Below, piece after piece: positions 58,908 to 64,000 of a DNA stretch of 64,000 nt; position 1 is the first letter of the stretch, and the number at the start of each line of letters is the position of its first letter. The DNA is taken from assembly GCA_003281045.1 (NCBI GenBank), contig QCDD01000001.1, positions 62,208-126,207 of the forward strand, in the 5' to 3' direction. The notes under the pieces were generated by a model, which made no database searches, was not told the DNA's origin, and was given only the letters and a program-made list of their open reading frames with translations. The translations under genes were made by a program, and so were the position numbers. The DNA comes from Pelagibacteraceae bacterium AG-349-L23. GTDB lineage: Bacteria > Pseudomonadota > Alphaproteobacteria > Pelagibacterales > Pelagibacteraceae.

Positions 58908-59762
58908 CTAACGATTAATACCTCTGAGTCTTTCAGATCTTCTTCGTAAAAGCTCAGCAGTCACTAATATTAATGTTGATAGTATAATTAGACAAGTCGC
59001 AACAGCTAATATTGTTGGACTTAGTTGCTCTCGTAAACCTGTCCACATTTGAATTGGGATTGTCGTATTTTCTAATCCTGCCAAAAATAAAACAACCACA
59101 ACTTCATCAAACGAAGTTACAAATGCAAATAACCCACCTGAAATTACTCCAGGTAAAATTAATGGTAGGGTAATTTTCATAAAAGTATTTACTGGATCAC
59201 TTCCCAAGCTTGCAGCCGCTCGTGTTACACTATGATCAAACCCCGACAAAGTAGCGGTGACTGTAATTACTACAAAAGGTGTTCCTAATATAATATGCGC
59301 TAATACTATTCCTGTATGAGTTGCTGCTAAACCTGCTTTTGCCATAAAGAAAAATATTGCAACACCAGAAATAATTAATGGAACAATCATTGGTGAAATT
59401 AACACTGCCATTATCAATCCTTTATATGGCATATGTCTGCTGCTCAACCCTAAAGCCGCAACCGTTCCAAGTATAACTGATCCGATTGTTGCAAAAATTG
59501 CAATAATAAAACTATTCTTAGCAGCAAGTCCCCATGGATTTTTTGTTCCATAAATCATATCCTTATACCATCTTAAAGAAAATGCATCTGGATCTAGACG
59601 TTTCATTCCATCAGAAAAACTCAAAAACTCTTCTGCATTAAATGATAATGGAAAGATTACAAATAGAGGTGCAATTAGAAAAAAGAAAACAGCACCACAG
59701 ATTGTAAGATAAATATAATGCCAAATTCTATAATGTGGTTCAGTATATTTTGGTAAAGCCAT
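58908..59762 (-). CDS. potC: Polyamine ABC transporter permease
   Basis: SLRWY, SPMIVP, AAASLG, TSFDEVV. Confidence 0.85.
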   Translation of the reverse strand: MALPKYTEPHYRIWHYIYLTICGAVFFFLIAPLFVIFPLSFNAEEFLSFSDGMKRLDPDAFSLRWYKDMIYGTKNPWGLAAKNSFIIAIFATIGSVILGTVAALGLSSRHMPYKGLIMAVLISPMIVPLIISGVAIFFFMAKAGLAATHTGIVLAHIILGTPFVVITVTATLSGFDHSVTRAAASLGSDPVNTFMKITLPLILPGVISGGLFAFVTSFDEVVVVLFLAGLENTTIPIQMWTGLREQLSPTILAVATCLIILSTLILVTAELLRRRSERLRGINR

Positions 59763-59766
59763 TTGA

Positions 59767-61020
59767 TTATCCTAATTTAATATTATCAATTCCAACTAGT
59801 TTGTTATAAAGCCAATAAATTACCAATACTCCACTCAACAACATTAATCCCATGGCTGATGCAAAGCTCCAATCAAGAGTACTTTTCATGTGGAAAGCAA
59901 TTTGGTTACTTATTAAAGTTCCAGATGCACCACCAACTAAGGCTGGGGTGATGTAATAACCTATCGCTAAAATAAATACTAATAAACAGCCCGCACCTAT
60001 TCCTGGGATTGTTAATGGGAAATAAACTTTCCAAAATGCCACAAATGGCGTTCCACCTAATGATTTTCCTGCCCTCATTAAGCTAGGCGAGATAGTTTTC
60101 ATTACACTATAAAGTGGTAAAACCATGAATGGCAGCAATATTTGTGTCATTGCAACGTAACTTCCTGTTTTGTTGTACATCATCTCAGGTCTATTATCGT
60201 CAGCTACCAATCCTATTCCAACAAAGAAATCATTTACTATTCCTTGTTGTTGCAACAAAATCATCCAGCTGGCAGTTCTCACAAGTAATGAAGTCCAGAA
60301 CGGCAGCAGTACACAGATCATTAATAAGTTACTGTACTTCATAGGTAAAGTAGCTAATAGATGAGCTATAGGATAAGCCATTAAGAAACAAAAGACTGTC
60401 ACAAAAAATGCAATTTCAAGAGTTCTTAACCATAACACTCTATGAATTCTTCTATCTTCCTCTACACTTACTATTTTTCCTTCTTCATTAACGTACATGT
60501 CCATACCCTTAAGATATTTTTGACTTGTGAACTCAGGAGCTCTTCTTTGAATTGCTCTCCAGTACTCAACATCAGCCCATCTTTTGTGGACTGACATTAT
60601 TTGTTCTTTATAGTTTCCCTCTTCAAATTTTTTAGATGCTCTTCTTAATTTTTTAATAATACTTTTAAATCCATTTTTAGTGTAATTTAATTGAGTAGAT
60701 AGTTTACCTTCTCGTTTATCTTCAACTAGTTTTATAAAGTCCTCATGAAATGCTGCAAAAACTTCCTCATCTGGCAACTCTTGACCATCCCAGTTTTCCA
60801 TTGCTTTAAATGTTTTGGGTAACATTTGTGTTACCATTTTATCATCAACACTTCGAAACAACATGTCACCTATTGGAAAAACATAAGTGATAATTAAAAA
60901 AAATAATAAAGGAGCAACGAGCAAGAAAGCTTTGATCTTATTCTTTTTTTCCGCTTTTTTTAGACTAACCTCTAAGGGTATTCCGTCTGTAGTTAAGATT
61001 TGTTTTGTTTCTGAGCTCAT
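59767..61020 (-). CDS. potB: Polyamine ABC transporter permease with large N-terminal insert
   Basis: LPFWTSLLVR, LPFMVLPLY, AGKSLG, GYYITPALVGG. Confidence 0.85.
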   Translation of the reverse strand: MSSETKQILTTDGIPLEVSLKKAEKKNKIKAFLLVAPLLFFLIITYVFPIGDMLFRSVDDKMVTQMLPKTFKAMENWDGQELPDEEVFAAFHEDFIKLVEDKREGKLSTQLNYTKNGFKSIIKKLRRASKKFEEGNYKEQIMSVHKRWADVEYWRAIQRRAPEFTSQKYLKGMDMYVNEEGKIVSVEEDRRIHRVLWLRTLEIAFFVTVFCFLMAYPIAHLLATLPMKYSNLLMICVLLPFWTSLLVRTASWMILLQQQGIVNDFFVGIGLVADDNRPEMMYNKTGSYVAMTQILLPFMVLPLYSVMKTISPSLMRAGKSLGGTPFVAFWKVYFPLTIPGIGAGCLLVFILAIGYYITPALVGGASGTLISNQIAFHMKSTLDWSFASAMGLMLLSGVLVIYWLYNKLVGIDNIKLG

Positions 61021-61023
61021 AAA

Positions 61024-61053
61024 TAAAAAGGGCGGTTATAAATAACCGCCCTT
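61024..61053 (-). terminator. Intrinsic terminator between potD and potB
   Basis: AAGGGCGGTTAT-AA-ATAACCGCCCTT followed by a T-run on the minus strand. Confidence 0.85.
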
Positions 61054-61090
61054 AAATTATAATATATAATTAAGTTGTTTAAAACTTAAA

Positions 61091-62218
61091 TTATAGACCA
61101 GCTTTCATAGCTTCCCATTTTTCACCAAGCTCTGTTCCGTTATCAGCCCAGAAAATTGGATCTACTAGGAAGTAGTTTTTAGTGTTAGCCGGTGCAGTTG
61201 GCATTTGTGGTACCATGTTAGTCTTACCATCTTTATACCAAGGCTCACCTTTTTCCATAATACCAATTGAAGATTTTCTCCAAGGAGCATATGCAATGTA
61301 TTTAGCACTTCCTGCTAACATTTCAGAACTAGTCATCATAGCTAAAGCTTTTTTAGCCATACCATTAGAATCGTTTGGTCCACCTTTGACTTGTACGAAA
61401 TATTCGTAATCAAGACCTTGGCCGTCCCAAACTTGTTTGATTGGTGCACCTTCTCCAATTTCTGCATTGAAGAATCTACCATTCCAACCAGTAGCCATTA
61501 CTACTTCACCTGATACTAACAGTTCTGGTGGTTGAGCACCTGCAGACCAAAATACACATCCACCTTTAGGGTCTGTGCATAGTTCTTTGATCTTATTCAT
61601 TGCTCTTTCAACACCTTTTTCTGTTTCTAAAGCTTTGTAGATTTTTGCTCCGCCTTTACCTGGCTTAATACCATCTGCAGCTAAAGCGATCTCTAAATTA
61701 GTTAAAGCGCTTTTGTAGATAGCTCTTTTTCCAGGGAATTTCTTTGTGTTAAAGAAATCTTTGATAGTCTTTGGAGTACCTTTAACGTTTTCAGTGTTAT
61801 AAGCGTAGTTCCAAGAATATAAAATATTTCCTACAGCACATTTACTTGGCATTGCAGTAAAGAAATCTTTACTTGCTGGAGTTCCATCTGGAGCTGGTGG
61901 GAAGTCTTTGTCAAAATCAAATTCAACAAATAATCCTTCATCACATCCAGTAATAGTATCCATCGCAAACACGTCCATTATATCCCACGTGATTTTACCA
62001 GCTTCTTTTTGTGCTTTAATCTCAGATAATCCACCAGAATAGTCAACCCAGGCAATATTTATGCCAAGTTTTTTAGCTGTAGGATCACCATAACCTAACT
62101 TTTGAGACTCAGTATAAGCCCCACCCCATGACACTGCAGTTACTGTTGTTGCAAATGCTGAAGTAGTTAGTGAAAGTACAAAAGAAATAGCTAGTAATAC
62201 TTTACTTAGTTTTTTCAT
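61091..62218 (-). CDS. potD: Polyamine ABC transporter substrate-binding protein
   Basis: Signal peptide MKKLSKV..AFA after GGAGG RBS; SWGGAY, FPGKRA, LEIALAADG, WNGRF. Confidence 0.85.
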   Translation of the reverse strand: MKKLSKVLLAISFVLSLTTSAFATTVTAVSWGGAYTESQKLGYGDPTAKKLGINIAWVDYSGGLSEIKAQKEAGKITWDIMDVFAMDTITGCDEGLFVEFDFDKDFPPAPDGTPASKDFFTAMPSKCAVGNILYSWNYAYNTENVKGTPKTIKDFFNTKKFPGKRAIYKSALTNLEIALAADGIKPGKGGAKIYKALETEKGVERAMNKIKELCTDPKGGCVFWSAGAQPPELLVSGEVVMATGWNGRFFNAEIGEGAPIKQVWDGQGLDYEYFVQVKGGPNDSNGMAKKALAMMTSSEMLAGSAKYIAYAPWRKSSIGIMEKGEPWYKDGKTNMVPQMPTAPANTKNYFLVDPIFWADNGTELGEKWEAMKAGL

Positions 62219-62252
62219 TTTTCCTCCGTTTAAACGTTTTTTATAAAAATCA

Positions 62253-62281
62253 ATTACAACAAGATCGATAATGAGAGTCAA
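62253..62281 (-). promoter_or_regulatory. Putative internal sigma70 promoter of potD
   Basis: Minus strand TTGACT-N17-TGTAAT. Confidence 0.55.
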
Positions 62282-62318
62282 CAGCCCATTTTAGTTAATT
62301 TAGCAATATATTGGTGGT

Positions 62319-63404
62319 CTATGAAGGGTCTAACGCTCTTGCATCTTCGCTGTTCCAACCTATCTTAATATCTTTGCCAAGCTTGATATCCAAATTGGCT
62401 GAACTGTTAGGAACTTTTAAGATAAATTGATTGTTGCCTAAAAGATTTATTCTAACTCTTGTATGATCTCCGTGATATATTACTTCTTCAATCTTTCCAG
62501 AATGGATATTATCCATTTGATCACTTGGATTAATTAAAGCTCTTTCAGGTCTTAAAGAAATCTTAGTTTTTTCACCTTTACCTTTAACAGAAATAGGATT
62601 TGCAAGTATATCTGTGTTAGCTATTTTAACCTTACACTTACCACCTGAAATATCTGAAACCTCACCCACGAAGGTATTATTTTCTCCAATAAATTCGGCA
62701 ACAAAAGAATTCACAGGTTTTTCATAAAGCTCATCCGGACTTGAAAGCTGCTGAACTTTTCCATCATTAAAAACAGCAATACGATTAGACATTGTTAATG
62801 CTTCACTTTGATCATGAGTTACGTAAACGACAGTTACACCAATGTTTTCATGTATATGTTTAATTTCATATTGCATACTCTCTCTCAAATTTTTATCTAA
62901 AGCTCCCAGAGGTTCGTCCATTAAAACTAGTTGAGGATCAAATACTAATGATCTCGCTACAGCCACTCTTTGTTGTTGACCACCTGATAATTGCCCTGGC
63001 ATTCTTGATGCGAAACCTTGAAGTGAAACCATTGATAACGCCTTATCAATTTTTTTATCTGCCTCATCTTTTGGAATTTTTCTGACTCTTAATGGAAAGG
63101 CAAGGTTCTCATAAACTGTCATATGAGGAAATAGCGCATAATTCTGAAACACCATTCCAATACCTCTTTTATGCGGAGGTATACTTGAGATAGCCTTACC
63201 ATCTAAATATATTTCACCATTTGTTGGTGTTTCAAATCCTGCCAGCATCATTAAGCAAGTTGTTTTTCCAGAACCAGAGGGTCCTAACATAGTTACAAAC
63301 TCGCCTTCTTCAATATCCAATTGAAGATCCTTAACAACTAAAACTTTGCCGTCATAGCTTTTATCTACTTTATCGAATTTGACGAAATCTTTTTTAAGAG
63401 CCAT
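62319..63404 (-). CDS. potA: Polyamine ABC transporter ATP-binding subunit
   Basis: GPSGSGKT, VFQNYALFPHM, LSGGQQQR, MDEPLGALD, TOBE tail; ATG at 63404. Confidence 0.9.
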   Translation of the reverse strand: MALKKDFVKFDKVDKSYDGKVLVVKDLQLDIEEGEFVTMLGPSGSGKTTCLMMLAGFETPTNGEIYLDGKAISSIPPHKRGIGMVFQNYALFPHMTVYENLAFPLRVRKIPKDEADKKIDKALSMVSLQGFASRMPGQLSGGQQQRVAVARSLVFDPQLVLMDEPLGALDKNLRESMQYEIKHIHENIGVTVVYVTHDQSEALTMSNRIAVFNDGKVQQLSSPDELYEKPVNSFVAEFIGENNTFVGEVSDISGGKCKVKIANTDILANPISVKGKGEKTKISLRPERALINPSDQMDNIHSGKIEEVIYHGDHTRVRINLLGNNQFILKVPNSSANLDIKLGKDIKIGWNSEDARALDPS

Positions 63405-63456
63405 AATTTTAATCAACTTTTAAACATTTGTAAGAATAAATTTCAACCTTTAATAA

Positions 63457-64000
63457 CTAGCTTTTAACGTGAAGTTCTTTAGACATATTACAAAATAATT
63501 CTGCTCCTTGATCTGTAACTCTTATTGCCTCTGATGCTTCAACACCCCATTCACCAAATTGCATAACAGCTATCATGTGAAAACAAATATTAGGTTCCAA
63601 AATTGTCATGTCACCTTTATAGATATTTAATGTATGTTCTCCCCAATCTGGTGGATAACCAATTCCAATCGAATAACCGGTCCTAGATTTTTTTTCTATT
63701 CCATACTTATCTAATATTTTCCAAAATGCTTGGGCAACGTGATCTACAGTATTTCCGGGTTTGGTTGCATCAATTCCAGCTTGAAGTGCCTCTATTGTTT
63801 TTTTCATCGTATCAATTTTAAGTTGATCAGGTTTTCCGAGCAAAATAGTTCTCGCCATCGGTGCATGATAACGCTTATACACTCCAGAAAGTTCAACAAT
63901 TGTAGCCTCACCATCAATAAATTTATCTTGTGTTGCAGTTAGATGTGAAGCAGATGTTCCTTTTCCAGTAGGAAGCAATGTTGCAATACTGGCATATTCT
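63457..64000 (-). CDS. M24-family hydrolase, ectoine hydrolase (DoeA/EutD)/creatinase-like (5' end outside the window)
   Basis: SHLT, YKRYHAPMART, RTGYSIG, YPPDWGE, EASE; frame stays open to the window edge (EYASIATLLPTGK). Confidence 0.8.
   Translation of the reverse strand, partial: EYASIATLLPTGKGTSASHLTATQDKFIDGEATIVELSGVYKRYHAPMARTILLGKPDQLKIDTMKKTIEALQAGIDATKPGNTVDHVAQAFWKILDKYGIEKKSRTGYSIGIGYPPDWGEHTLNIYKGDMTILEPNICFHMIAVMQFGEWGVEASEAIRVTDQGAELFCNMSKELHVKS

Noticed and set aside
62219-62281. 21-aa N-terminal extension of PotD in the ORF track
   Set aside because: GGAGG RBS and signal peptide point to ATG 62218; the extension overlaps the predicted promoter
1-64000. Prophage, IS element or genomic island; phase variation at poly-A/T runs
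   Set aside because: No integrase, transposase, tRNA or compositional break seen; A/T runs are expected at this base composition and only the argE run breaks a frame

Overview
AT-rich (roughly 30% GC by eye), very densely packed alphaproteobacterial chromosome segment whose gene content and streamlining point to a SAR11/Pelagibacterales genome (inference). The first ~42 kb is a methylated-amine and one-carbon region: metF plus a DmdA/GcvT-like demethylase, soxBDAG (probably N-methylglutamate dehydrogenase), fhs, tmm, tmoXWV, tdm, a FAD oxidoreductase + glutamine-synthetase-like + split glutamate-synthase-like (mgsABC/glxBCD) operon, a divergent Amt and a second GS-like enzyme (gmaS/glnT). The rest holds dpaL, phrB, zapE, bamB/yfgM-like genes, acnA, a frameshifted argE, speB, fadN and a potABCD-type transporter. 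No tRNA, rRNA, CRISPR array or mobile element was seen. Main leads: (1) no DMA monooxygenase is present although Tdm makes dimethylamine, and the operon downstream of tdm looks like a glutamylation route that could fill the gap; (2) an uncharacterised dipeptidase / 553-aa / DUF3726 / zinc-finger operon; (3) a minimal P-loop kinase + HxGH nucleotidyltransferase pair; (4) several small ORFs missed by the ORF track.
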